NCBI RefSeq assembly: GCF_018350175.1
Contig: NC_058369.1
Coordinates: forward strand, 26,972,001 to 27,036,000
Origin: Felis catus
Lineage: Eukaryota
Length of the DNA stretch: 64,000 nucleotides
Reading direction: 5' to 3'
Shown here: in pieces, positions 1-13,138 of the stretch
Numbering within the stretch: the first letter of the stretch is position 1
How the letters are laid out: each line of letters starts with the position of its first letter
The notes under the pieces: generated by a model
What the model was told of the DNA's origin: nothing
Seen by the model: the letters and a program-made list of their open reading frames with translations, nothing else
The model's database searches: none
Translations under genes and position numbers: made by a program

Positions 1-907
1 ACTCATCTTGGGAGCATTAAAATTAATAGAACTTATGATCTTGAGTTCTACTCATTTGTGAATGTGTTTTCAGTAAGTACACATAATTGGGGTTGGGATC
101 TGACAGTCCCTTATATATATAACCACCATGAATATACATAGAGTTTTATACCATTAATATTTCAAGGGGTTTGATTCATGATTTTATAAAATGAACACAC
201 CCATGAAATGAACTAATGCAGAAAACAAATCTTATTGTAGAGTAGTGGGATGCTCCATACCTATAAAACATTGGGATTAAAAGTTCTAAGACAATATTTT
301 GGCCCAAAGCCCTAATCCTTTCTATAGAATTCTGGGGCAGAGAAGACGATAGAGGGAGTACAGTGAAGGGAAGGTGGGTGGGGTCAGGGAAGTGTAATCA
401 CATTTTGCAAGGATCTCATGGATGAGTGGGTCAGTGCTTTATTTCCAAGAGGCAAATTTTTTAGCATTGGTTATCACCAGATTTTTCTCTAGGCATTGTT
501 GTTTTGTTTTCCATCAAAGTTTACTTTTCCCAGTCCTTGTCTACTCTACTTTTTGACACTTTCCTCCTGGAGGCTCAGATTCTGAGCTCGTTCTAATGAA
601 GGTAGGAGAAATATTCTACACTTTAGCCATACCAGTCAGTGGTGTCTGAATTTAGTTGTGCTTCCACAAAATTGTTTGTTATGTCCAGAAGGAGCTTGAA
701 GGGTTGAATAAACTCATACAACTTGGTATGTCATCATTAGTTGCCCTACTTAGTACTCTGGTTCCCCATTGGGACTCTGATACTCTGTCTTTGACAGGCT
801 CCTATTCCTTGAGGTAGATATAATATTTTAATTAAAACAAAAGACAAGCATCATTAACAAAAATCTTAAATTTGTTTCTCCAAGATTTAACTATGCTTGT
901 CTTTAAA

Positions 908-1118
908 TTTTTTTTAAATGTTTATTTATTTTTGAGAGAGACAGAAAGAGTGCACCTGCGTGAACCAGGGAGGGGCAGAGAGAGAGAGGGAGACTGAGCA
1001 TCTGAAGCAGGCTCTGTGCTGAAGCAGAGGGCCTGATGCAGGGCTTGAACTCATGAACTGTGAGATCATGACCTGAGCCAAAATTGGACGCTTAACCGAA
1101 TGGACCACCCAGGCACCC
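908..1118 (-). mobile_element. Can-SINE (tRNA-derived carnivore SINE)
   Basis: Reverse complement of GGGTGCCTGGGTGGTCCATTCGGTTAAGCGTCC head, (AG)n tract and T-rich tail. Confidence 0.95.
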
Positions 1119-1434
1119 TGTAACTTTATGGTTTTTATATTTAGTAATTTATGAAAGTCATATCTAATAACTTTCAAGTGTTGACATCAAAGGGTGAAAA
1201 GTAGTGACTGCTTTAAGAATTATATAAATTTCTGAGTAATAAGGTCAAAAGGTGAAAATTTAACAGATGTCATAGATTTTGAAGTTAATATAATGTATAG
1301 GCATGTTTATCAGAATTAAGTGTGTTTATGAAGAATTTTACTAAAAGAATTTTAGGTATTTTCAGTTTTTACTTATGTAATGAAAGATTTAAAAGTTTTA
1401 AGAACTCATATGGTTCTGGTTGCCCAGAACCATA

Positions 1435-1641
1435 GGGGCACCTGGGTGGCTCGGTTAAAAGTCCGACTTTAGCTCAGATCATGATCTCACAGTTGGTGAG
1501 TTCGAGCCCCTGCATTGGGCTCTGTGCTGACAGTTCAGAGCCTGGAACCTGCATCCGATTCTGTGTTTCGTTCTCTCTCTGACCCTCCCCCACTTGTGCT
1601 CTGTCTCTGTCTCTCAAAAATAAATAAATGTAAAAAAAAAA
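1435..1641 (+). mobile_element. Can-SINE
   Basis: GGGGCACCTGGGTGGCTC head, B-box-like GAGTTCGAGCCC, CT tract, AAATAAATAAA tail. Confidence 0.95.
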
Positions 1642-4457
1642 TTTAAAGTTTTGAGAACTGTATAATGCTTAACCCTGAGAACTTCTGAGAATATGCAAAA
1701 GAAATGCTAATGTAACATCAAATACATCAAAAATTGAAAATGAAAGTCCATCATGCTGAAGAAAATCATTTATAAAGAAACAAAAATGTCTGAAAATGAA
1801 AGAGAAAAACTCCATAGGACTAAAGAAATAGAAAAACGCATATAAATGCTCATAATCTATAATCATGTAGAAAAGCATAATTCAGTAAATTTGTGTTAAA
1901 ATGGGATTTTATTATATATTATATAATATAATGTTTATTATATTACATATATACACATAGTACATACTATGATATATATTATAATATGTACCTTATTATA
2001 ATATAATAAATGTGGGAGCCCTAAAGCAAACTCAGATCATTGTTGCATATTACATTTACCTGGATACATATATACCTTTAAATTCAGAAGAACATAGTTT
2101 CTCATAGCTTTAGCTGTTTCAGTTGCATATAGTACCATTCACAATTCTTAGGGACAGATTTTTGACTGTTTTTACCTTTAAAACCCATGAGTGTGAAAAA
2201 TTCAAAAGTTTGATTATTTGACTTAGATACTGTATCTAACAAGAATTAGGTATTTAATTATCCTAACAATAAACTTTATGAATATGTAAGTAAAATATAT
2301 TCATATTTTATTAATAATTATTACAATCTGTAAGAATAATGCATTTCCATAAATTTCATCAACTTTTTGATTTCAAGATATGAATGCTTTATAATTGTGA
2401 AACTCATGGAATCCAGTCAAAATTTTGTATCATGTCCTTTTCCATTACTTCATCTAAGCTCTTTTACAATATTAGACCTCCTTGGAAGATGACATCTGCA
2501 GGCAGTAGTTTAAATTAACCAAAGTTCTTTGGGCACTGTTCATTGGACTATTGACTGCTCTAGATTTGGACTAACCCAACAACTGGATCGGTATTATTAG
2601 CTCTCACATTCCTTTATATTTTCTACTCATTCATCTTCCCTCTAGCATATATTAATTAGGCAGTGAATAAGACAAAGAATAATACTTGGGTTCTTACAGA
2701 TTCATCTACTGTCACTAACTGCATTCCCAAACCAGCCACTTGGAATCTCTCTGCATATCTCAAAACATGTTGCAAAATTGTCAAGACTATCAAATCCCAT
2801 TTACTTTCCATTCATTTTAGTATTGTACAGAATAAAGTACTTCTAAGAGGACTAAAGGGAATTTTGTTAAATCAAATAAATAGCAATGGGGTTTTAGGGT
2901 TCCCCAAAGCCCAGAACTCATGAGTGTTGACAATTTAAGTGACAAATCTATCCAATAGTATGGTGGTTGAGATCCATTTATTTTCAGGGAGAGGAATAGA
3001 TGAGCTTCTTCTCCTCTAGTTTTACCACTCCCAGTCAGTCCAGTGATGGGATATCATCTCTCAGCCACACTCTGAATAGGGCACATTTTGGAAGGGACCG
3101 CAGAGTTCAAAGAAGCATCAGCAAAAATCTCTGTCTGTGGAAGCTTCCCTGCTTCTCGAAGATGGTGGGTTAGCAGTTGATTTAGACATAAGTTGAAAAG
3201 GGGACCTTTAAACTTGAGTTAAGATTTTACAGATTATAAAGTAACATCTTCATTAGACATCTTTATTCCATTCTTTGGTCTTACCTTATTCCTCACCTCA
3301 CCCACTCCACAATACACACTCTTATCCCTGAACTCCGCCCTTGAGCTTCATTCAGTGTCTGTTTCTCCATCCAACCCTGAGCCTGACTCCATGTTTTCCT
3401 CCATCTCCAAGTGAGGTTTTGGATACTCGGGGATGGAGTGGGGATTAGGGGCAAGTTAGGATGGGGGTGAAGTGAGCCTCTCTCAATATAGTATTATTAT
3501 TAAAAATGATATTTTTAATTTTTAATAATGTTTTTACATTCTAACTCATACCACTCATTTTGGCACCAAAAGGACAGCTGTGTAAAAATATCTTGGCATT
3601 CAGCTACATAAAAATGTCTTTCTTTGGCCACCAGTAGACCTCAGTAACACTTCACCTGGAACATTGATGGGGGAGAGAATATTGGTACTGTAAAAGATCA
3701 CTTTATAAATTTACCAAGAGAAATAAGGGAAAAGAAAAGTGTTTGGAGTTTACTACCAGAATAATGGTATATCTGTATATTTCTTCACCTGCCTTTGACC
3801 TTTTGTTTTATTCTTGCTGCCCCACACAGGCCTCTGTAACTGCTGCCAGCAGTTTCTGATTCATCAAAGACATCACTCTCAAGGGTAATTATTTACACAT
3901 GGAAATTGGTTGGAAATTAGGTGTCACCAAAAGGCTGCTTTGTGTACTGTGGTGGCGTGTATGTAAATATATCGGTTCATATTTAACACATGCAAAATAC
4001 TCACACGGATGAGTGATGAGTAGAGCTAGCCATAGACCAGGATTTCATGAAATAGAAGGGGCCCCATGAGACAGAAAGTTGTGCCAAATAACTTGTTTCT
4101 AAAATCTGAGCTCAAATTCTTTTACAACATCCCCAAAGAATGGCAAGGCACATCAAATGACCAGGAATTCCTAGCTCACAAGATGGAATACTCCATTTCC
4201 AGTTGGTTCTAATTCAAGCCTTTGCTTATATTTTGACTGCAATCTGCCTGCCTTGAGCCTTCTTCTAGTCCTAGTGCAGCTCTCTGCAATCAGGTTGAGA
4301 CTAACCCTTTTTCCCCATAGCAACTTTGCAGGTTAGTTGAAAACAGATATAACTGATCTCTATTTTTTGGTTTAAATGAAATACTGCCTTTAATTGTAAC
4401 ACTGAGGGATGGATTGAATACTTGTGTTCTGAGATGGTCTAAAAGAAATGCTAATGA

Positions 4458-4636
4458 TGTGTAACTAATATAACACTGTATGTTAACTATACTGGAATTA
4501 AAAAAAAGCTTGTTAAAAAAGATATATGCACCCTATGTTTATTGCAGAATTATTTACAATAGCTAAGATTGGAAGGAACCCAAGTGTCCATTGATAAATG
4601 AATGGATAAAGAAGATGTGGTATATATATAATGTAA

Positions 4637-4675
<39 letters not shown>

Positions 4676-5129
4676 TTTCAGTATATATAATGAAATATTA
4701 CTGAAGCATAAGAGAATGATTATGTTGCCATTTGCAACAACGTGGATTGACCTGGAGGGTCCATTGAACATTATGCTGTGTGAAATATGTCAGAAAAAGA
4801 CAAAAACCCTATGATCCCTATGATTTAACTTATATATGGAATCTAAAAAACAAAACAATTGAACAAAAACTCCCACAAATCTAAACAGACTCTTAAATGC
4901 AGGGAAAAGACTGATAATTGCCAGAGGGGAGTTTGGGCAAAATAAAGGAAATTAAGAGGTACAAACTTCCAGTTATAAAATAAATAAGTCAAAGAGGTGA
5001 AAAATAATGCATAGAGAAGGCAATAATATTATAATAATGTTTTATGGTGACAGTTTGTGACTACACTTATCATAGTGAGCACTGAGTTATGTATAGAATT
5101 GTTGAATAGGTATGTTATATGCCTGAAAG
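4458..5129 (+). mobile_element. L1 3' fragment (ORF2 end and 3' UTR), rearranged, with internal (CA)n
   Basis: GATATATGCACCCTATGTTTATTGCAG...CCAAGTGTCCATTGATAAATGAATGGATAAAGAAGATGTGG is a typical L1 3' end; flanked by AAAAGAAATGCTARTGA at 4441-4457 and 5130-5146. Confidence 0.9.
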
Positions 5130-5201
5130 AAAAGAAATGCTAGTGAGATATTAAAGAGGAAATCAAATACATCAAGACTCAAAAATAAATGATAGATTCC
5201 T

Positions 5202-5402
5202 GGGGTGCCTGGGTGGCTCAGTCATTTGAGCATCTGACTCTTGATTTCAGTTCAGGTCATGATATCACAGTTTGTGGGATGGAGCCCCCAGCATTGGATT
5301 CTGCACTGACAGTGTGGAGCCTGCTTGGGATTCTTTCTCTCTGCCCCTCCCCTGCTCGTGCACATGCTCTCTCTCTCTCAAAATAAATAAATAAAAATTA
5401 AA
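5202..5402 (+). mobile_element. Can-SINE with ~21-bp TSD
   Basis: SINE head and tail; AAAAATAAATGATAGAWTCCT at 5181-5201 and 5403-5423. Confidence 0.95.
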
Positions 5403-6140
5403 AAAAATAAATGATAGAATCCTGATGTTGATAAGCAAATGCCATGATTTTGACTTCTTTCAAAATTCACCAGTCTATCCATCACAGCATAAACAGCCAC
5501 AGTGAAGTTTGAAATCAAGTGATTATTTGTAAAATCCCTGATATGTGCAGATTCTCAGAACATACAGTTTAATTTATAACTAGTCAAATGTCTCATGACT
5601 GTAGACAACTTTCAAACAATAAGCAAATGTTTAGGAGACACCTGCAGCTTTAGAGAAATGTGAAATGAAGTTTTTGAAAGGTAGATTTCAAATATATTAT
5701 TCTGATACTTTATTAATTGGTAAACATTTAAAGGAATATTATTTACATATTTGTACCTTCATTATAATTGTACACTAAGAGAGTTGTGAATTTCATGTTT
5801 TAATAGAAAATATTCATTTAAAAATACGTACTATATTCTAGACATTTTTATTGATTTCTTTCTGAAATTTCTCATTTTTTGTCTATTTTATTATCTGAGT
5901 AAAAATTCTTGAGGTTCTTGCCCAAAATTTTATGTTTTAATGTAGAGATTAAAGAAATCCTTTTTGAACTTATGATGACAATAAGCCAGACTGAAATATT
6001 TATCAGACACATTTATAATCTCTTTATTATGTGACTTTTTAATTTAATAACTGAAACTTGTTTTATAAAGAAAAGAACAGGGTTAACTTTTTTCATGAAA
6101 AGAAATAAGAAGATAATATATGTAATTTATATAAGTACTT

Positions 6141-6269
6141 TACACATATATATGTGTATATATACATACATGTATATGTGGCTATATGTATAGTGTATGT
6201 GTGTGTATGTGTGTGTATGTGTATATATATATAGTGTATGTGTGTGTATAAATATATATATATAGTGTA

Positions 6270-6303
<34 letters not shown>

Positions 6304-6315
6304 CACCCTGTATAC

Positions 6316-6349
<34 letters not shown>

Positions 6350-6353
6350 CCTG

Positions 6354-6397
<44 letters not shown>

Positions 6398-6419
6398 TAC
6401 ATACACACACACACACACT
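6141..6419. repeat. Compound (TG)/(TA)/(CA) microsatellite
   Basis: Directly visible dinucleotide arrays with ACACCCTGTATA occurring twice. Confidence 0.97.
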
Positions 6420-8084
6420 ATAATTTATAGTTACTCTGTCAGTTCTTAAAGTTACCAAAGAATAGCAATGAAAATCATTGCCAGAAGACTGGAGAGAGAA
6501 CATCCACATTTTGAGATGATGAACTGAAAATTTTTTATTCTTAGCTATTTTTTACGATGAGTAAATTACTTTCATATAGTTGAACATATATTTCAAATTT
6601 TCACAAACTGAATGGGGGGACATTTTTGAGAAGAGTTGAATCTCTTGGAAGGAAGTTGTGATGCTCAAAGGAAAGTTTATAATATCTGTTATTTGTTCAA
6701 AATTTGTTGACAACACCATGCTGTTTTAAAGGTACTTAACCATGTTTTACTTGTGGGATACTCTTTGTATATATACATACATGGCTTATTTCCTTTAGGT
6801 GGGGTCTGGGTCTTGTCCATGTCTTTATTACATCTGAGGCTGAGTACATGGTAGGCATTCACTCAAGGTGATTTCTATTTCCATAAACTTTTGATATTGC
6901 TATTAAAGTAGCATTTCAAGATGTTTTTAATATGTTCCCTAAATAATTGTCAGAGATAGACTATCAGTTACACTACACATTTATTTATCTTGAAAATAAT
7001 TATAAATGACATGTGTGTTCCAGTTTTCAGAATTCATCAGAGTCCTGCAAAAGAGAATGCTTCAGAATGTGTTCAGCTCATAGTTGTATTCTGCACACTT
7101 GAAGAGTGGGCAGAACCGATGTTAAATACCAAACCCATAATGTGTGAATGTATTGGTATGAAAATATAGGCAGAATACAATATATTTTCTTTAGCTTCCA
7201 AGCTAAATTAAAAAGAATTTTTAAAAGAAATTAAAAAGAAATTTGAATTTGTATGTCACCTCTAATTTTATAAGCCTTGCAAAACCATTTCTTAATTTGG
7301 TACTATTAGTAGCCTGATTGATTGGAGGCCACAGTATTTGCCCAACCAGACCCAGTGAGTTGGAAATCAGAGTGAATGAGTATTAAGATAGAAACATATA
7401 AGGATAACTGTATTACAGAAATCACACCAACAAATGACAGAGTTGCTGTGCTAAATAGTACCTGGCAGTAATGATGTAGATATATTCATGACAATGATAG
7501 TGGTTGGTTTTTATCTAGCTTAATTGATAAAAATCAGATTTAAGGAAGTAGTAAAATTTTAATTCAATGAAACCAAATGGCAAAAATCATTGAATTGTAT
7601 CTTTTTCATAATAGATGTAATTTTAGGTTTTAAATAATACGATATATGCTATTCATGAATGGATACTTTATTGATAGCATATATAATACTATTGCACAAT
7701 TGTACAGTCCAAATGAGTATTGATTAGAGAACTGCTTCAACCAAGTTTATGCCACTCTATAGGAATATAGAAAACACGAGGTGTTCAATGACTTGAAGAC
7801 CAAGAATTAATTGAAAGGCTGTTGCACCAACCATCCCAACCATCCCAAATCCCATTGAATTTTCTGTCTGCAATTTTGGCGGCTCATTAGTTATTCATAA
7901 TAAACATTTGCCAAAGAGAAGACCTGTTCCCTTTATGCAGAAGACTCAAAGGAGACAGTCAAATAAAAAAGATACACATGAAAGAAATGTGTGTATAAAT
8001 AAATAGATCATGAAATAAGAGAAGTTGTTTATGCAGCATTCTGGATCATGGAAGTGTTGGGTACCACAGAAAAGACTGAAAGAT

Positions 8085-8531
8085 ATAAAATCATCGCTGT
8101 TATGGAGTTGACATGTTACTGGTGATGGTAGTGGCATAACAAACAAGAAATAAGTGAAATGCATAGTATATTTAAAGTGAAAATTTGTATGGAGTAAAGT
8201 CAAATAAGGAAGGGGGAGAAGGAGGAATAGTGGTTGCTATATTGCAAGGGATGGTCAATGAAGTTGAAAAATGACATTTGGGCAAATACTTGAAGGGATT
8301 GAAAGACCCGTATAGACATTTGGGGGAATAGTGTTCTAGTTAGAGGGAACAACAAGAGCAAAAGCCCTGAAACAGCAGTGTATTTATCCTATTGGGGGAA
8401 AAGCAAGGTGCTCAGAGTTGAAACAGAGTGAGAGAGGAGGGGAAAGATAAAGATAAAGCCACAGAAACAAGGAGACTTTGGTTTCTACTGTGAGTGAGAT
8501 GGGGTGCCATTGGACAATTTTGAGCAGAGGA
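8085..8531 (-). mobile_element. L2 LINE fragment
   Basis: GAGGGAACAACAAGAGCAAAAGCCCTGA and GTGAGATGGGGTGCCATTGGACAATTTTGAGCAGAGGA resemble antisense L2 3' region. Confidence 0.75.
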
Positions 8532-8749
8532 CTTAAATTTAGAAGTAGTTCTTATTTTCAATTTTAATATAGAAAATCTGAACTATATTTTGAATTTGGA
8601 AATAGTCCTGTGATTTTTGTTGTGGTTGTTGTTAATGTACAGGTTCAATGAATGTCCTTTATATATGCAGTGGTATGGAAATAATTGTTATTTAAAACCA
8701 AATGTGACTATAGTTGATTCTCTTCTTTCTTTAAAATTTTTTAATAAAA

Positions 8750-8963
8750 AAAGTTTATTTATTTATTTTGAGAGAGGGAGGGAGCATGCACATGGGAGAG
8801 TGGGGAGGGGCAGATAGCGAGGGAGAGAGAGAGAGTCTCAAGCAGGCTCCACACTCAGCGTGGAACCCTATGTAGAACTTGCTGTCACAACTGTGAGATT
8901 GTGACCTAGACCTGACCTGAAATCAAGAGTTGGTCGCTTAACCAACTGAGCCACCCAGGCACC
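8750..8963 (-). mobile_element. Can-SINE
   Basis: Ends ...TTAACCAACTGAGCCACCCAGGCACC (antisense head). Confidence 0.95.
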
Positions 8964-9384
8964 TGGATTCTGTCTGGGTGGCATAGTTTATCTGTTGGGA
9001 AATAAATGTTTATATATTGCTCTTCCATTTTCAGAGGGCATATAGGAAGATAATTGTACTCATGGAATATTGAATTGGAGCTTGTCAGACATTTTATTCA
9101 AAAACATGTTATTTTTAAAAAATTGCAGAGAAATACTCTTTCACTCTTTGTGTAATATTTCAGCCATTATTTGTTAAATGGACTTTAATAGGCTACCCTG
9201 GAAGCAATTGTTGTAGTATTTCTATGAAAAAAATGTAATCTGATTTCTAAATCACTGGCTTATATATAAACTTTAAGAACACAGTTCACTAACAACCTGG
9301 AAATTGCCTATATAAATATGTAGGTACAAACAGGTAGATAATGGGTTATAACTTTTGGAATTAAAATTGTAGCAGTAAACAGAA

Positions 9385-9600
9385 GTGATGAGCATCTAAG
9401 GGCAGATGCTCTGGAGTCAGTAAAGCTCGAATCCCACCTCTGCAACAGATTAGCTGTGGGACTTTGGTCACGTTACTCAACGTCTTCTCTGGGACTCAGT
9501 TTCTTCATCTTCAAAATTAGGATTCTACTTACTTGATTTGAATTCTAAGAAGGATCAAAGGAGGTAATATTTGTAATGCCTAGTCTCTAGCAATGCCAGC
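9385..9600 (+). mobile_element. MIR SINE
   Basis: CTCTGGAGTCAG...CGAATCCCACCTCTGC...TAGCTGTGGGACTTTGG...CTCAGTTTCTTCATCT MIR core. Confidence 0.8.
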
Positions 9601-9611
9601 TACTTACTAAG

Positions 9612-10010
9612 GGTAGTAGATTAGTTGCAAACTGACCCTGATTCTACATGCTTTCCTTTTTCCACACCCTTTGAAATATATCATGTTGATGTTCCTCCCA
9701 TCAAGACATAGAGTCTATTTTTCACCTCTTATATCTATGATGGCCTTTTGACTTATCTTAGCCAATGTAATAGAGTGATTGCAAGCCTAGACTTTAAGAG
9801 TCATTGTGTTCTTTTCCTCTTGGACACTTACGACTGCCGTGGAAATAAGCTTGGCCCAGACTGCTAGCGGATTAAGGAGCACATGAAAATGATCTGAGTT
9901 GTCTCATTGCAGTTCATCCTAGATCAACGAGACCACTGTCACTTATCAATACAAATACTTGTCAAAAAAATAATGCTGGTTGTTGTTATTGTTTGGAGCA
10001 TGACTGACAT
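9612..10010 (+). mobile_element. Old MaLR LTR (MLT1-like)
   Basis: CCTCCCATCAAGACATAGAGTCTATTT...GACTTATCTTAGCCAAT...AAGCCTAGACTTTAAGAG resembles older MLT1 LTRs. Confidence 0.6.
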
Positions 10011-10047
10011 ACAGTAATCTTCACATATTTAAAATATACAATTTGAA

Positions 10048-10280
10048 GGGCGCCTGGGTGGCTCAGTCGGTTAAGCGTCCGACTTCAGCTCAGGTCATGA
10101 TCTTATGGTTTGTGAATTTGAGCTCTGCATCGGGCTCTGTGCTGACAGCTCAGAGCCTGGAGACTGCTTCGGATTCTGTGTCTCCCTCTCTCTCTTCATC
10201 TCCCACTCATGCTCTCTCTCTCTCAAAAATAAAAATTAAAAAAAAAAATTTTAAAAACCAATATATATCCTTTAAAAAAT
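10048..10280 (+). mobile_element. Can-SINE with extended 3' tail
   Basis: GGGCGCCTGGGTGGCTCAGTCGGTTAAGCGTCCGACTTC head; TSD AARATATACAATTTGA at 10031-10046 and 10281-10296. Confidence 0.95.
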
Positions 10281-11342
10281 AAGATATACAATTTGATAAG
10301 TTTATATATGTAGCTATATGAAAACAATACGTATACAGCAATGAAACCATGACCACAATCAAGATAATGAATATATCTATCACTCCCCAAAGTTTTCTTG
10401 TGCTCCTTTGTTGTCCCCATCCCCAGGCAATCATTGATCAATTTCTGTCACTTTAGATACATAAGAATTTTCTAGAATTATATATAAATGGAATCATAGA
10501 GTATATACTCTTATTTTTTGTTTGGCCTCTTTTACTCAACATAATTATTTTGAGCTTCATTTGAATTGCCGTATGCATATTGCTGAGTAGTACTCCATTT
10601 TATGGACATACCATAATTGTTTATCTATTCACCTATTGATGAATATTTGGGTCGTTTTCAGCTTTTAGCTATTGAAATTAAAAATTTGATTGTAAGTCTT
10701 TTTGTGGATATATGCTTTCATTTCTTTTGGAAAATACCTATGACTAAAATGGCTAGATCATATGGAAGGTTTGAATGCTTAACCTTTTAAGAAACTGAGG
10801 AATTATTTTCCAATGTGTTTGTACCATTTACATTCCCACCAGCAATGGTGTTTGTTTCATATTTTTGCCAACTCCTGATATAGTTAAGCCTTATATTTTT
10901 AGCCATTCCAAAAGGTATGTTGTTTCAACTTATATTTCGCTAATGCCTAATGCTGTCATAAATTTCTTATGTGCTTATTTACCATTTAAATACTTGGCCT
11001 ATTTAAAAATTTTGATTGCTTATTTTCTTATTTAGTTTTGAGAGTTCTTTATATATTCTGTGTATAAGTTTTTTCACCAGGCATATGACTTACAAAAATT
11101 TATTCCCAATCTGGGTCTTATCTTTCATCCTCTAAACAATGTCTTTTGAAGAGTAGAATTTAAAAAATTTCATGAGGTGCAGTTTATTAAATTTTATAGG
11201 TCATACTTTTTGGTGTCATATCTAAGAATTCTTTGTCTAATCCAGAGTCATGAAGATTTGCTCCTATGTTTTCTTTTAGAATTTGTCTAGTTTTATTTTA
11301 CGTTTTGAGTTAATTTTTATATATGCTTCAAGATGTGGGACA

Positions 11343-12463
11343 GCTTCAAAAGGATAGATATTAAGTCTTCTTAAAATGTTTGGTTGAATTCCCTTGGGAA
11401 GCCATCTGGCCCTGGACTCTTCTTTGTTGGGATATTTTTGATTACTTATTCAATTTCTTTACTGGTTAGGAGTCAGTTCAAATCTTTTATTTCTTCCTGA
11501 TTCAGTTTTGGTAGTTTATATGTTTCTAGGCATTTATCCATTTCTTCCAGTTAACCCAATTTGTTGGCGTATAATTGCTTATGATAGTCTCTTATTATTG
11601 TTTGTATTTCTGAGGTGTTGGTTGTGATCTCTCCTTTTTCATTAGTGATTGTATTTATTTCGATCCTTTCCTTTTTATTTTTAATAAATCTGCCTAGGGG
11701 GGTTGTTGATTTTGTTAATTGTTTCAAAGAATCTGCTCCTGGTTTCATTGATCTGTTCTGTTTTTTTTTTTAATTCTATATCATTGATTTCTGCTCTAAT
11801 CTTTATTATTTCCATTCTTCCACTGGTCTTGGGCTTTATGTGCTCCTCTTTTTCCAGCTCCTTTAGGTGTAAGGTTAGGTTGTGTATTTGAGATCTTTCT
11901 TCCTTCTTTAGGAAGGCCTGGATTGCTATATACTTCCCTCTTATGGCCACCTTTGTTACATCCCAGAGATTTTGGACTGCCGTGCTTTCATTTTCATTGG
12001 CTTCCATGTACTTTTTTAATTTCCTCTTTAATTTCTTGGTTAATCCATTCATTCTTTAGTAGGATGTTCTTTAATCTCCACATATTTGTAGTCTTTCCAA
12101 ATTTTTTCTTGTGGTTGATTTTAAGTTTCATAGTGTTGTGGCCTGAAAATATGCGTGGTATGATCTCAATCTTTTTGTAGTTGTTGAGGACTAGGTTATG
12201 AGCCAGTATGTGATCTATTCTGGAGAATGTTCCATGTGCATTCAAGAAGAATGTATATTCTGCTTCTTTAGGATGAAAAGTTCTGAATATATCTGTTAAG
12301 TCCATCTGATCCAGTGTGTTATTCAAAGCCATTATTTCCTTGTTGATTTTCTGTTTAGATGACCTGTTCATTGCTGTAAGTGGGATGTTGAAGTCCCCTA
12401 ATATTATGGTATTATTATCAGTGAATTTCTTTATGTTTGTGATTGATTAAAAAAATATGTATA

Positions 12464-12555
<92 letters not shown>

Positions 12556-13138
12556 CATACATATATACACACACATAGTGTACCAAGTTGGGGGCATAGA
12601 TTATTACAATTGTTAGATCTTCTTGGTGGATAAACCCCTTAACTATGATATAATATCCTTTTTTGTCTTTTGTTACAGTCTTTGTTTTAAAATCTAGTTT
12701 TTCTGATATAAGTATGGCCACTCCAGCCCTCTTTTGATGTCCATTAGCATGACAGATTGTTCTCCATCCTATTACTTTCAATCTGCAGGTGTCTTTAGAT
12801 TTAAAATGAGTCTCTTGTAGGCATACAGATGGGTCTTGTTTTTTTATCCATTCTGATACCCTATGTCTTTTGATTGGAGCATTTAGTCCATTTATATTTC
12901 AGAGTGATTACTGAAAGATATGAATTTGGTGCCATTGTGTTGCCTACAGATTGGTGTTTCTGGTGATGTTCTCTCATCTTTTCTAGTCTTTGCTGCTTTT
13001 GATCTTTTTTGTTATGTTTTGTTTTTTTCTCCAAAGAGCCCCCCTTAAAATCTCTTGCAGGGCTGGTTTAGTGGTCACAAACTCCTTTAGATTTTGTTTG
13101 TCTGGGAAACTCTTTATCTCTCTATCTCTTTATGAATG
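11343..13138 (-). mobile_element. Carnivore-type L1 internal fragment (ORF1 end, spacer, ORF2 endonuclease and linker), degenerate
   Basis: ORF pieces with L1 EN motifs: GVAILISEKLDFK, DLTDIFRTFHP, HGTFSRIDHIL, QNLWD..K..IRGK, YANKL; multiple frameshifts. Confidence 0.95.
12459..12576. repeat. (CA)n(TA)n microsatellite inside the L1 EN region
   Basis: Directly visible; absent at the matching position (~61128) of the second L1. Confidence 0.95.

Noticed and set aside
368..389. G-quadruplex-like motif (also ~3429-3467)
   Set aside because: Common motif with no promoter or CpG-island context.
926..1177. Recurring 'GAWVAQSVKR...AQVMIS' ORFs here and at many other sites
   Set aside because: All are Can-SINE translations, not a gene family.
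6093..6509. ORFs up to 138 aa (CVCVYIYI...)
   Set aside because: Translation of dinucleotide microsatellites.
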